A stretch of DNA of 64,000 nucleotides from Chlamydiales bacterium (GTDB lineage: Bacteria > Chlamydiota > Chlamydiia > Chlamydiales > JAAZZY01), in contig CBDBKM010000010.1 of the NCBI GenBank assembly GCA_965206695.1, positions 480,001 through 544,000 of the forward strand. The letters run 5' to 3'. The notes under the pieces were generated by a model. It searched no databases and had not been told where the DNA came from. It worked only from the letters and a program-made list of their open reading frames with translations. The translations under genes and the position numbers were made by a program. Shown here piece by piece: positions 31,371 to 42,907 of the stretch; the first letter of the stretch is position 1, and each line of letters begins with the position of its first letter.

Positions 31371-31882
31371 ATACCGGCATCAGTTAAATTATTGAGTAAT
31401 CTAATAGCATCTTGATAATTGGCGGTAGGTTTTGTAATTAAAGATACGGTACACTTCAAAACATCTTGGAGATTTTTAGTTCCGCTACGATACTGCTTAA
31501 TGATGATGCTATTATCCAATACAGGTTTATGTTGTCTTGATGCTGAGGAGTTTTGCCCGCTAAAAGACGAGCAAGAAACTCTATTATAATTAGATAACGT
31601 ATGAGGCGCTAAAGATTGGACCCGCTGTAAGATATATTTTTCTTGACAGGGCTGTAATTGTGACCAATTTTTTGTTAAATCTCCGTATATTAGTGAACTG
31701 CTAGATGTTCTATCTTTTATATATGCACTAAAATGATCTTCTATACCTTGATCATTCTCATGCCGGATAAAATAAGCAGTATACCTCGGTATTTCGGATT
31801 TAATATACTCTTTATTATCAGATATATAATTATCTATTAGATTAAATTCTATAGAACAGTTACTAGATACATTTAACATCAA
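31358..31882 (-). CDS. Hypothetical protein, C-terminus truncated by IS630
   Basis: 174-aa ORF whose last codons (IVF*) lie inside the IS end. Confidence 0.5.
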   Translation of the reverse strand: MMLNVSSNCSIEFNLIDNYISDNKEYIKSEIPRYTAYFIRHENDQGIEDHFSAYIKDRTSSSSLIYGDLTKNWSQLQPCQEKYILQRVQSLAPHTLSNYNRVSCSSFSGQNSSASRQHKPVLDNSIIIKQYRSGTKNLQDVLKCTVSLITKPTANYQDAIRLLNNLTDAGIIVF

Positions 31883-32063
31883 TTCTAATATAAGGTTATT
31901 TATTTAACTAAATTATAACATAATTAATGTATTACTTAAACTTAAAAGATGATAAATAGTAAACATCTTTTAAGGTTATTTGATTGTAATTTTAAAGGTT
32001 AAATTAAAATATGTAATCTAATTTATTATTGAAAAAAATTAGGTACTTTTGAAGCTTTTGAAC

Positions 32064-32245
32064 TTAGTACAGGACAAAAAAAATGAGATTGAAGTAACTC
32101 GCTGATATGCAGTAATCTTGTTTGAAAAAAAAGGAGATTTTAACATGCATATCAATGAGTTATCCGGGATCTTAAACCGATACTTCAATTTTCACAAGGC
32201 TCGTGCTGATTGCCTTGCTCAGCTTGTGATAGCAATGATCACTGT
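32064..32245 (+). pseudogene. IS4-like transposase 5' remnant
   Basis: SD GGAG, then MHINELSGILNRYFNFHKARADCLAQLVIAMITV, cut by IS630. Confidence 0.5.
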
Positions 32246-33184
32246 TATAGTATTTTAATTTTTATTTGATAATATGTTATCCTTCTTTTTTTATACAAAC
32301 AGTAAGGACAAAACAATGCCTAGAGCCTATTCAGTAGATCTTCGAGAGAAAGTATTACAACATATAGAAAAACATCATGATAAAAAAACAGCCGGCCATA
32401 TTTTTCAAGTAGGTATCGCAACAATATATCGATGGATCTTGCAAAAAAAGCAAAAAGGACATTTAAAGCCAATCCGCAGAAAATATGCTTATAAAAAATT
32501 AGATGATGAGTTGTTATCTAAATATGTAGAAAAACATCCGGATTATTTTTTATCGGAAATTGCTGATTATTTTTCAGTCACTCCGCAAACGATTTTTTAT
32601 GCCCTTAAAAGATTAAAAATTACACGAAAAAAAAAACTACTCGCTATAAGGAAAGAGATGAAAAGAAACGGGAAGCTTTTATGAAAGATTTAAAAAATAT
32701 TCCCTTTGACAAGAGAATTTATCTCGATGAAACCGGGATTCATCAATTTTTATTTCGTGAGTCCGGAAGAAGCTTACGCGGCAAAAAAGTTTTTGGAGCG
32801 GTTTCAGGAAACCGCTTTATAAGGCAAAATATTATTTCAGCCCTATCTAAAGGGCAGTTTTTATCTCCAATGTGTTTTGAAGGTACTTGTAATACCGGGT
32901 TATTCAATATTTGGCTTAAGGAAGTTTTGACTCCTCAGCTTACACCCGGTAGTGTTCTTATTCTTGACAATGCAGGTTTTCACAAGTCAGCGGAAAGTAG
33001 GAAAAAAGTAGAATCTGCCGGTTGTAAGCTTATGTTTCTTCCTCCATATTCTCCGGACTTAAATCCTATAGAAAAATATTGGGCTAATATGAAAAATAAA
33101 GTTAGAGAGATATTACGAAAAGTTACGAATTTTACATTCGCCATTGATCAAGCAATCTTATCAATGTAAAATTAAATGACTATA
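32246..33184 (+). mobile_element. IS630 copy 5 (intact; proteins identical to copy 4, inverted)
   Basis: orfA and orfB translations identical to copy 4. Confidence 0.95.
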
Positions 33185-33285
33185 CCGGTAAATTTATTTC
33201 TCTCCAAATGTTAATGGTAATTTGAAAAGAATAAATGAAACACGAATTAGTTTAGAGAAATTATTTTAATGGGACAGCCCCGGCT

Positions 33286-34416
33286 CTATTGGGATTTTCC
33301 TCTCATATCGATTGGCCAGATATCAACAACTTTCTGATTTTCAGTAATATGGAAATAATTAAATAAGTTTATTGTAGGGTCGCAGTGGGAAACGATTAGT
33401 TCAACAATAGAACCAAGCTTTGGCAGAACGTCATATTTAGCTATAGAAGTGATTTTACCATGTTCGTCTCCATATTCTGCCCAATCGTATTGCAGCCCTG
33501 TTGGATAGATAATTTTGGGAGGAATAGGATTAATATATAAGGATTTTGTACCTGCATCAACAGTAACATGGGAATAGTGATTAGCACTGATTACAGTTGT
33601 TAATAAGGTCATGGAAGGTTTGAATACTTCAAAACTATTGCTATGTTCTTTCGAGCCTATTACAGCATATTCTTGATCCATTACAGTATAAGATCCGGGT
33701 TGAATTTCTGTTACCTCTTCGACAGTAACATCAATGTCATAAGTTCCGGTTCCGCTTCCGGTTACAATTTCACAGGGTAGGTCATTAGCTATGAAAGAAC
33801 GTGCGACTTCTGCCGCCTTATTCATCACTTCTAATGAAACTTTTTTTCTTTCTTCATAATCAGTGATATGTTGTAAATTGCCGGCATAGCACTGGATTCC
33901 TTTTAGATTCAAAAAGGGTAATTCATGTAATAATTGACCAAACTCTAATGCTTTTTCATAAGCGACTCCCGTTCTACCAATACCGGAATCAATATCGACC
34001 AGGACATTCAAAGTAAGACCTATTCGTTGTGCTTCAGCGTTTAAGTTTTGAGCATTTTGAGCCTCATCTATAACGACCGTTAAATTCTTTGATCGTTTTA
34101 CGCATCTCAAAAGCCGTTCAATTTTATTTTTAGTTACGATAGGGGAGGTAATTAAAATGCCTTTGATATCATGCGAAGTTAACACTTCCGCTTCTGAGAC
34201 TTTGCATGCACTAATCCCAATAGCGCCTGTCCGGATCTGTAATTGGCATAATTTAGAACACTTATGTGTCTTAACATGAGGGCGTAGATGTTTTTTTTGA
34301 AGATCAGTTAAGGCCTGCATCTTTGTTAGATTATATTCGAGTAATAATTTATCAATAACCAAGCAAGGTGTGTCTAGTTCAGTTTTGGGCTTACCGATAA
34401 TTTGATCTATATCCAT
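33286..34416 (-). CDS. DSD1-family PLP enzyme (D-threonine aldolase/D-serine dehydratase-like)
   Basis: LDTPCLVID, RPHVKTHK (PLP Lys), GRTGV, GSGTGT, EIQPGSY, EHG, HCDPTINL. Confidence 0.9.
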   Translation of the reverse strand: MDIDQIIGKPKTELDTPCLVIDKLLLEYNLTKMQALTDLQKKHLRPHVKTHKCSKLCQLQIRTGAIGISACKVSEAEVLTSHDIKGILITSPIVTKNKIERLLRCVKRSKNLTVVIDEAQNAQNLNAEAQRIGLTLNVLVDIDSGIGRTGVAYEKALEFGQLLHELPFLNLKGIQCYAGNLQHITDYEERKKVSLEVMNKAAEVARSFIANDLPCEIVTGSGTGTYDIDVTVEEVTEIQPGSYTVMDQEYAVIGSKEHSNSFEVFKPSMTLLTTVISANHYSHVTVDAGTKSLYINPIPPKIIYPTGLQYDWAEYGDEHGKITSIAKYDVLPKLGSIVELIVSHCDPTINLFNYFHITENQKVVDIWPIDMRGKSQ

Positions 34417-34450
34417 ATTTTATTACCTTAAGTGATTGTTTTTAAGTTCT

Positions 34451-34804
34451 TCAAAATGTAAGTAGAGCGAATTGATACAACATCATTTGCCCGTAGAAAG
34501 AGGGGGCACCTTCAAAAGCATGTCCTAAATGAGAATGATCTCTGCTACATAAGACTTCCTTGGGTGCTGCATTAAGCGCTGCGTCTGTTGTATAGGTAAA
34601 CGATTGAGGTGTAATCGACCTATAAAAACTAGGTTGGGCAAAAGGAGAAGCAAACTTAGCATTTGATTCAAAAAGGGTCTGATCGCAGGCTATACAATTA
34701 TAGATTCCTTTTTCCGTATGTTTGGTATGTTTACCACAGAAAGGGACCGAGGTCCCCTTCTGTCTACAGATATAGCAGGCTTCATGACTAAGCTTTTTTT
34801 CCAT
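34451..34804 (-). pseudogene. msrB: Degenerate MsrB methionine-R-sulfoxide reductase
   Basis: RQKGT..PF.G, GIYNCIAC..LFES.AKF, HLGHAFE; the GWPSF and RYCIN catalytic motifs are lost. Confidence 0.75.
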
Positions 34805-34842
34805 TCTTCTTCAAAGAAGAATATATGCTTAAGTTGTCCTTT

Positions 34843-36231
34843 TTATAAAACCATTTCTTTTTTGATGTTTTGTTTTTTCTTCCATGATCCGCTAAAATAT
34901 CTCACTATAGTTATTAAAGCAGCTAAGAAGCTATATATGACCCATATTATCATCGCCTTTTGAATATCAATATGATATTTCAAAATCCAAAAATAGGCAG
35001 GACAAAGTAAAAAAGTCCATAAGGCAAAAACACCTGACCACATTAAAAAAACAGTGTCTCCAATGGCTATTAAAAGCCCATTGAATACAAAGCGGATGTT
35101 TTCAAAAAGCAAGTAAAAACAGGTGATACAGAGCCCAAATTTAATGATGGATTGTACTTCCATAAGATTAAAATTAGGATCATTTAACTCTTTACTGACA
35201 AAGCAGCTGATTAAAATTTCAGGAAAAATAATCATAATAACAGTTGTTGCCAAGAAAAATAATAGAACGAGGAAAATACCTGATCGAATGAGTTGGAGTA
35301 GCCGATCAGTATACCCGGCGCCTATTAAGTTTCCTGCAATTGCTGTAATGGCTTTTTGCAAGCCCACACCATAAAAGAGAAAAAGAATCAGGATACTTTG
35401 GCAGATGCCTGATACTAGCATATGGTGTGGGCTGATGCTATCCATCATCTTATAAAAAAGCCACCAACTCAAAAGTTCTATAAATAGAATAATTGTAGTT
35501 GGCAGAGCCGTACGAATAATTTTCTTTGTTAATTTAAAATCAAACTTTCTTTGTATTGTTTGAAAAGTATTTTCATTCTTTTTCTTTAAAAAAATAAAAA
35601 GAAAGATAATAACCTCCAAAACGATTCCTAATCCGGTTGCAACAGCAGCTCCTTTGACGCCATAAGAAGGAATATATCCTTTGATGCCAAAGATAAGGAT
35701 AGGATCTACGATGATATTAAAAATATTACTTATTATCGCCACCATGGTGACAATTAATGTATGACCCCGGCCGATAAAAAAGGCAGTCATGGAGCCGGCC
35801 ATACCACATATCGGACCAAAAGCGATTAGCGTACAAAAATAGTCAGCTTGTAACATTCCTTCTTCCGTATTGGAAAACAGAAGGTCTCTAGAAAAATAGG
35901 CTAAAGGTAAAAAAATAAGACATGAGAATAAGGACACCCACAACATTTGCCAGACTATAGGACCTATTTTTTTGAAGTCCTTAGCTCCATTATGTCTTGA
36001 GATAAAAATCTGAGACATCTCACATAAAGTATGGAGACCGGAAGTAAAAGCCCAAGCCATTGTGCTTGCTAAAACGGTACAATTGTGAGCTGGTAAGGAA
36101 TATTTGGATAGGTACAAACGATCAACAAATGTCATCACCACAATTGCTAACCACGAAAGCATCAGAGGGTAAGACGTTATCCAAAGTTCACGGGTATTAC
36201 CGCTCTTATATTCAATAGCATGATCGTTCAT
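34843..36231 (-). CDS. MATE-family efflux transporter
   Basis: SYPLML, FVDRLYL, NIIVDPILIFG...GVKGAAVAT, GNLIGAG. Confidence 0.88.
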   Translation of the reverse strand: MNDHAIEYKSGNTRELWITSYPLMLSWLAIVVMTFVDRLYLSKYSLPAHNCTVLASTMAWAFTSGLHTLCEMSQIFISRHNGAKDFKKIGPIVWQMLWVSLFSCLIFLPLAYFSRDLLFSNTEEGMLQADYFCTLIAFGPICGMAGSMTAFFIGRGHTLIVTMVAIISNIFNIIVDPILIFGIKGYIPSYGVKGAAVATGLGIVLEVIIFLFIFLKKKNENTFQTIQRKFDFKLTKKIIRTALPTTIILFIELLSWWLFYKMMDSISPHHMLVSGICQSILILFLFYGVGLQKAITAIAGNLIGAGYTDRLLQLIRSGIFLVLLFFLATTVIMIIFPEILISCFVSKELNDPNFNLMEVQSIIKFGLCITCFYLLFENIRFVFNGLLIAIGDTVFLMWSGVFALWTFLLCPAYFWILKYHIDIQKAMIIWVIYSFLAALITIVRYFSGSWKKKQNIKKEMVL

Positions 36232-36472
36232 GCAAAACCTCAATTTTAAGGGTCTGAAAAAAACAATGAACAAATAGATATGCACTAAGTCAAACGAAGA
36301 GATTCGTCTAAGGTCAATAAATGTTCGTTTGTATACCAAGAATAACTTAAGTTAGTAGACTGCAAAGATTGTCATTATTTTAAAATAGGTTAAGTTGATT
36401 GAATATTGTTAATAGTAGAGTAAAATATTAGTTTATTACAATAGAAAATTTTTAATTTTTTTATGCAAGAGG

Positions 36473-37732
36473 TTAGTTGATATCCGGTTTTTCTTCGCCA
36501 TTTTCATCTAAAGTGATGCGTTTGATCTTTTTTTTATCTATGGACCGAGGGTCCATTTCACAGGCAGTAGGTGAAGTATTTGGAAGCGGAATAAAATAGT
36601 TTTGCATATCCATAGGGACACTTTTTCTACTAAAGCCGGTAATAAATCCTATTAGCCCTAAGGCCAATGCGATAATAGCCATAAAACCATATATGGAACT
36701 AGTGGAAATATAGGCAATAAAAAGAGAAGCGATTAAAGGTCCTACGACACAACCTATTCCATGTGCCAATAATAAAGCACCGCTAGCATATGTAATATCT
36801 TCTGTTTGAATCCGATCACAAACCTGAGCAATACTGATGAGATACATCGTAAAAGTTAAGCCTCCCGGTAGAAAAGATAAGATAAGAACGCTCAGCGAAA
36901 AAAAAGGGAACAACATGATAATAAGGGCCGGAATGACGGTAATAAAACTTAATAGAATTAAAATTCTTCTTCTGTCAAATATATCGGATAAGTAGCCGAT
37001 AGGCCATTGAAGGATAAATCCACCGGCAATGGTAAGACTCATAATGGCAGGAATGGAAAGATTGTATTCTTGAGCATAATTTGGCGTAAAACTATAAAAA
37101 GTACTAACTATGATTCCGGATGCAATACAACCAAGAAATCTGAAAGGTGATATTTTAAAAAAATGAAAGACGTTTTTCGTAATAGGATCGGTTGGATCGG
37201 GTACGCTGTTTTTTGTAATAGCTATAGGTATAATAGAAAAGGCACATAAGACTCCTGAAAGCATATAACCTGTATAAGAATAAAAATCGAAAGTGTTTAA
37301 GAAAAATTGACTTGAAGATTGAGCGGCATATAAGGCTATCATATAGATAGCGCGCATTCTTCCTCTTGTTTTTTTGAGTGCCGCTTGCTAAAAACCGGCT
37401 TTCTATGACTACATAGAGCCCGGCCATGCAAAATCCTGCAATGAATCGCATGATACCCCAACAGATGGGGGTTGATAAAAATACCTTGAAGCAAAACGGT
37501 TGCGGTATTTAATATAGCGAATATGTCCCGTTCGGCGTATGAGACGCTCAATCCTTAAAGTACCGATCAACAAGCCGACGTAGTAAGCAGCTTGAACAAT
37601 ACCAACCACAAATTCCGTATAATGATTGAGTTTCAAAAAAATGCTAATATATGAAACAAAAAAGGAAAAGCTTAGCATTAATAAAATAATAGCAATAAAG
37701 GGAGCTATAATAGAGGCGTATTTTTTATGCAT
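36473..37732 (-). pseudogene. YcaD-like MFS transporter, frameshifted
   Basis: Domains spread over three frames (LIRRTGHIR; RFIAGFCMAGLYVVIES; QWPIGYLSDIFDRR). Confidence 0.8.
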
Positions 37733-38177
37733 TTGGGGATATATTAATTCTATGTTTATCTTTACGTTTAGGAGGTGAATAGGCGACAAGTAGATTGTGT
37801 GCGATAGAGATGATAGGCCCTGCTGCTAATCCTTGCAATACACGAGCGACTAATAAGAAAATAAAAGTGGGAGCAGCTCCGCAACAAAAGGAAAAGAAGA
37901 TGAATGAAATCAAAGACGTTAAAAGAACTTTAACAGAACCAAAACGTTTTGTAAGCCAAGGGCTCATCAATAGAGTTACCGCATTGCCAAGAGTAAATGT
38001 TGTGACTAACCATGTCCCTTGAAACGTATTAACTTCTAAACCACCGGAAATATAAGGAAGAGAAACAATCGTAATGGTAAAGTCTAAGGCGGGCATGACA
38101 ATACATAAAGCAAGATCGAGAGAGACAAAAATTAGCTTATGCCCGCAAAGGTAGTTATTTGTTCCGGATTCACTCAC
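37725..38177 (-). pseudogene. emrB: EmrB/DHA2 efflux permease N-terminal fragment
   Basis: LDFTITIVSLPYISG, QGTWLVTTF, ARVLQG; only 150 aa. Confidence 0.75.
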
Positions 38178-39030
38178 GGTAAACCGGGGTGAGCTTTATT
38201 TGCATAGATAATGGATCTAATAATACTTAAGACACCCACTTCTTGATCTGCATATACATGCGTTTGATAAACAGGTTTAAGAATTTTAAGTTTGGTTAGC
38301 ATCCCACCTGAAGTATCTCTGATATCGATAGTCACATTTAAAGAAAGCCCGACTCGAAGAGAATATTTTTTGAAAAATTCAGGTTCTAACGCTACTCGAA
38401 CGGGTAGACGTTGAACGATCTTAATCCAATTATCTGTTGCATTTTGCGGAGGAAGGATTGAAAAGACACTACCCGTTCCGGCTCCTATGCCAACCACTTT
38501 TCCATGAAAAATAACTTCACCGCCGTAAAAATCTGACCGAACCCTAACGGGTTGTCCTATTCTAACTTTAGATAACTGTGTTTCTTTATAGTTCGCATCA
38601 ATCCAAATTTCACTTAAAGGTACAACCGATAACAGGGGATCCTCAGGTGTTACCCATTCGCCTAATTAGACGGATCTTTGTGCGATATACCCATCTGTTG
38701 GAGCAATAATTTTACAACGTTTAAGATTTACCCAAGCCTCTTTTACTAATGATATGGACTTTTCAACAAGAGGATGCGTTTCTACAGTTGTATTGTAGAC
38801 CATCTTTAGCTTTTTGAAGTTGAGCTAAGGTGACATCTAAAGTAGCTCCGGCAGATAAAAAACCTGTTTCTGAATGTTCGAAATCTTAGATGGAAACACT
38901 GCCGGATTTTACAAGTGCTGTTCTATGTTCGTAATCGAGTTAGGTTTTGATGACCTCGGCTTTATTAACAACGATTTGTGCTTCTAATTCTACTACGTCA
39001 TCAAACATTTGAACAACTATACTCATCACG
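38174..39030 (-). pseudogene. emrA: EmrA/HlyD membrane-fusion protein with stops and frameshifts
   Basis: IWIDANYKETQL..VRIGQPV and LPPQNATDNWIKIVQRLPVR; in-frame stops upstream. Confidence 0.8.
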
Positions 39031-39127
39031 AATAAACCTCCGGATATTTTGTATTCGTATAGTGTAAATTATTTTGTATGAATTCATTTTTAACACTATC
39101 AGAAGAAAAGCATCTCAGACAGCAACA

Positions 39128-39195
39128 TATACCCCTTATGAATCAAAGTGCCGATTCTAAGACTTGAAAATGATCATTGATTCATAAGGGGTATA
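39128..39195. mobile_element. 68-bp IS630-derived MITE
   Basis: Perfect 19-bp inverted repeat TATACCCCTTATGAATCAA; interior homologous to the IS end at 28393-28445. Confidence 0.8.
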
Positions 39196-39843
39196 GGACC
39201 TATTTTCATGTCAGCCAAAGTGCAGGTATAAGTGAAAGCAGTGCTTGTAAAAGTATAAAGTGGGTTGAAGGCACACTTAATTAAGCACCCTGATTTTGCT
39301 TTACCCGGTCGTAAAGCACTTTTAAAGAACAATTCGGCATATGAGCTTATTTTAATAGATGCTACGGAAACAGCCGTTGAAAGGCCAAAAAAAACAAAAC
39401 TATTTCTACTCGGGGAAAAAGAAAAAGCATACCTTAAAGACTCAGGTTATAGTAGATAAAAAAACACGACAGATTATTTGTACTGCATTTTCTAATGGTA
39501 GGAGACATGACTTTAGACTGTTTAAGGAATCAAAAATAAAAATTCATCAGGGGGATAAGCGTATTAACGGATACGGGATATCAAGGATTAAAAAAGCTTC
39601 ATGCTAATACCAATATGCCAAAAAAGAAAAGTAAGAAGAAGGCTCTAACTAAAGAAGATAAGAAAAATAATAGACAATTATCAAGGGAACGTGTTCTGAA
39701 TAAAAATGTGATAGGAGTGATCAAACGCTTTAAAATCATTTCCGGTCGTTATCAAAATAGACAAAAAAGATTAGCATTGCGATTCAATCTTATTGCGGGA
39801 ATCTATAACTTGGAACTCATATGATGCATTTCAAAAGAAGTCT
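39196..39843 (+). pseudogene. ISL2-like IS5-family element, 5'-truncated
   Basis: IDATETAVERPK, YSGKKKKHTLK, RFNLIAGIYN; end TTTCAAAAGAAGTCT. Confidence 0.8.
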
Positions 39844-40059
39844 ATTGTAAGGAGGATCTATATAGATGCACTTGATCTTATTGACATATTTATGTTCAAG
39901 AGCCTTTAATCCAAGCAGGTTATCAGCATGTAGTAATAAATTCTTGCTTGCTTGAGATGGGGCTCCAAACGTTTCCTTATTAATAAGAATTCGTGGTTCA
40001 GGTGATTCCCAAAGATCTTTTCCGTTCCATCTAAGCTCTAATCGATTTGTATTATCCAT
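39844..40059 (-). pseudogene. Type III RM Mod-like adenine methyltransferase, N-terminal fragment
   Basis: RLELRWNGK, NLLLHADNLLGLKAL, KCIYIDPPYN; cut by the IS immediately after DPPY. Confidence 0.8.
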
Positions 40060-40496
40060 GCGTTCTCCTTAACAGCATTGATTGGAGGTAGTTTTATAAG
40101 TGTTGTTAGTTAACAAAATTATTTAAAAATAAAATAGGTATGATAATATACTCTGTGTTTTATTTAAATTTAAGAGATTAATTTTATTAAAAATAAAATT
40201 TATTTTATAAAAATACTTGTGGTGTATGTTAGTGTGTTGAATGGATTTTGACATGGCATATCACTGATAGGTGATTACAGAACAATGCACGAGCATTACT
40301 ATTTAGCATTTTGAACCTTTTGGACCTTTGAATAGCCAAGTATGATGAAAGGGACTAAACAAAATTGTTATTTTAATAAATTAATAAGATTATTTTAATC
40401 TTCTATATTGTTTTTGATTTTATTCAATAGATTTATTGTTTTAATTGGGTTATCGCATTATCATAATTCGATACGAATTGAAGATCTGATTTCAGT

Positions 40497-40787
40497 ATGA
40501 TTATTAATTTCGCTAATGCATGCGCTCAAGATATATTTGATGGAGAAAATTCTAAGGCATCTAGAAAATTGCCTAGAAATCTTCACAAAAAAGCTCAAAT
40601 GAAGTTAGATATGATTAATGCTGCATATAAGTTAGATGATCTTCGCTCACCACCAGGCAATCGATTAGAGGTTTTGCATAGAAATTATAAGGACAAGCAT
40701 AGTATTCGAATTAATAACCAATGGAGAATTATTTTTCGTTGGAATGATGAACAGGCAGAAGAAGTAGAAATTGTAGATTATCATTAG
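40497..40787 (+). CDS. higB: HigB toxin, second copy
   Basis: Near-identical to 19741-20031. Confidence 0.92.
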   Translation: MIINFANACAQDIFDGENSKASRKLPRNLHKKAQMKLDMINAAYKLDDLRSPPGNRLEVLHRNYKDKHSIRINNQWRIIFRWNDEQAEEVEIVDYH

Positions 40788-40796
40788 GAAAAAAGT

Positions 40797-41099
40797 ATGT
40801 TACCTAAAAAAAGAAAACCTACACATCCCGGAGTTATTTTATTAGAGGAATATTTAGCACCTCTAGGTGTTTCTCAACGTCAGTTTGCTTTACATTTAGG
40901 TAAAGGGTGGACACCCCCGAAACTCAATGAAATAATCAATGGCAAACGAGGAATCTCAGTGGATTCAGCTTTAGATTTGGCTGCTGCCCTTAGAACAACA
41001 CCCGAATTCTGGCTAAATCTTCAAATCAATTATGAGCTTTGGGAAGCTATGAGACGTCGCCCAAGAAGACGTATTGAACCTATAGAAATGGTTATTTAG
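40797..41099 (+). CDS. higA: HigA antitoxin, second copy
   Basis: Near-identical to 20041-20343. Confidence 0.92.
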   Translation: MLPKKRKPTHPGVILLEEYLAPLGVSQRQFALHLGKGWTPPKLNEIINGKRGISVDSALDLAAALRTTPEFWLNLQINYELWEAMRRRPRRRIEPIEMVI

Positions 41100-41206
41100 T
41101 TCTTTTATTATCAATTTTAAAATTTTAATTAATAAATAAACTATTTGATTTAATAAAAGTATATATGTGAAAATATGCGTTTAATTAAAATTATCGCTTA
41201 TTTTCG

Positions 41207-42470
41207 ATGACAATAATTTCTAACAATCCAACCTTCTTATTTAATCGAACGCCCACAACTCTTGAAGAAGCAGAGCAATATGTTCATGATCTTGAATTGA
41301 TGATTGAACAGAATCCGGGTGATGAAGAACTCGTAACAAATATCACCACCCATCTTCTTGATTTAAGTCACAAAGGTGCTGAGGGCTCTACAGATACCAA
41401 TTTATTAAATCGCAATATCAAAGTCTTAACCGACGAATTAAATGCAACTGAAGAGATAACGATAGAAGAAGAGATTACTATCGAAGAGACGATAACAGAG
41501 TCTCAACCTGAACCTAAAGAGTCTAAAGGTTTTTTCAAAATAGTTGCTCGTAAGACAAAAGAGATTTATAACAAAACCGTTGATGTCATTGTTAAAACAA
41601 GAAAACGTGTTGTTAAAAGCGTCAAAAAGGTCTTAAAAAAAAACGCTAAACAAACAAAAGAACTTACCAAAAAGGTAGGTCAGTTTTGTAAGGAGCATAA
41701 GAAAGAAATTATTATTGGTGTTGCTATAGTTGCATCTATTGCAGTAGCAGCTGTTGCAACAGTGGCTATAGCATTAACAACTGTCGCTCAAGCATCAGGA
41801 GTAGGAGCTGCTATCGGTGGGCTTGGAGGAACATTAGCAGGGGATATCACTAATAAGTATACTCCTGGTATTGATGATAAAGAAGCTTCATTAGCTCCTG
41901 TAAAGAGTAGTTCTTCTTTAGACTCAGTGAAAATAGATAAGCCTTTTGATAAAGATTTTATAGGTCCTTCATTACAAAGTTCATTTGGTAATCCGGTAAT
42001 ATCCACTCAAGAAAATGTATTACCCGTATCGACGACTAGTAACCTAGATAGGTCTCAGAACCCTTTTAAAGATTCCACGCTTTCTGAACCATTATCGATG
42101 CACGAGTTTAACAAGCGTTTAGAGAGCGTGGAAACTAATCATAAGAAGTTAATTGAAAATCCATCGATATCTGATTCCAATTTATCTCTACATGAAAATC
42201 TTTAGGATAAAAGACCAACTGAACTGCAACGAGTATTTACTGATTGCTCAACCTATCCTCAACCTATTAATGAAGCGGATGAAAGGATGCAAGTGCTCAA
42301 TATTGTAAAAAAGTTTAACTCGGAAGAAAATTTTCGGAATCATTCAGGTGATTGACATGCTCAAAATGCTCACGATATTCTTGGAAAAGAAAGGACAAGA
42401 GAAAATTTCCTTATGTCTAAGATTTATGGGGTAGGAGATAAAGAATTGAAAAATGGTAAGATCATTATCC
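41207..42470 (+). pseudogene. Membrane-anchored putative effector (paralogue of 20467) with nonsense codons and 3' truncation
   Basis: 332-aa ORF with a basic helix and a long hydrophobic/Gly-rich segment; the frame continues past two stops to ...MSKIYGVGDKELKNGKII. Confidence 0.6.
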
Positions 42471-42631
42471 TGGAACTCTTCTTTAGATTCCTCTTCCAAT
42501 AGTAGATTTTTACTGAAGATACCATGTTTGACAGCATTTTGAGCCACTATAGCTTTACCTTTAGAAGTTATTGCTCCTGAAGATTTTTTGGAATTCCGTC
42601 TATTAGCTTTTATTTTTTTTATAGATGTCAT
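42344..42631 (-). pseudogene. Basic protein with ANRRN..KSSG..T..GK....NA.KHG motif (HGGxSTG-related), truncated
   Basis: MTSIKKIKANRRNSKKSSGAITSKGKAIVAQNAVKHGIFSK. Confidence 0.55.
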
Positions 42632-42661
42632 AATTTTTTTCTCCTGATTGATATTTTTTAG

Positions 42662-42875
42662 CGTTACATACGTTACATACGTTACATACGTTACAACACC
42701 TATCTCAATGAAACAGTTAAATAAATACATCTGTTATCAATCGCTTTTACTGTATGAGAAAGCATATAGGGGGCTTACAGCTGTTATTTTCAAATATTGT
42801 TGCTGTTACCTGCCTGAAATATTGATTCAGAAGTTTGAGACTTGTAACGCTGTAACGCTTGTAACGTATGTAACG
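42662..42875. repeat. Two oppositely oriented 4x heptamer arrays (iteron-like origin)
   Basis: CGTTACA at 42662/42671/42680/42689 and TGTAACG at 42843/42851/42860/42869, with a 147-bp spacer. Confidence 0.8.
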
Positions 42876-42907
42876 CTAATATTTTATAACTCCTCGCTAA
42901 AAATCTC

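Noticed and set aside
42662..42875. Possible CRISPR array
   Set aside because: Units are 7-9 bp with no unique spacers, and there are no cas genes in the window.
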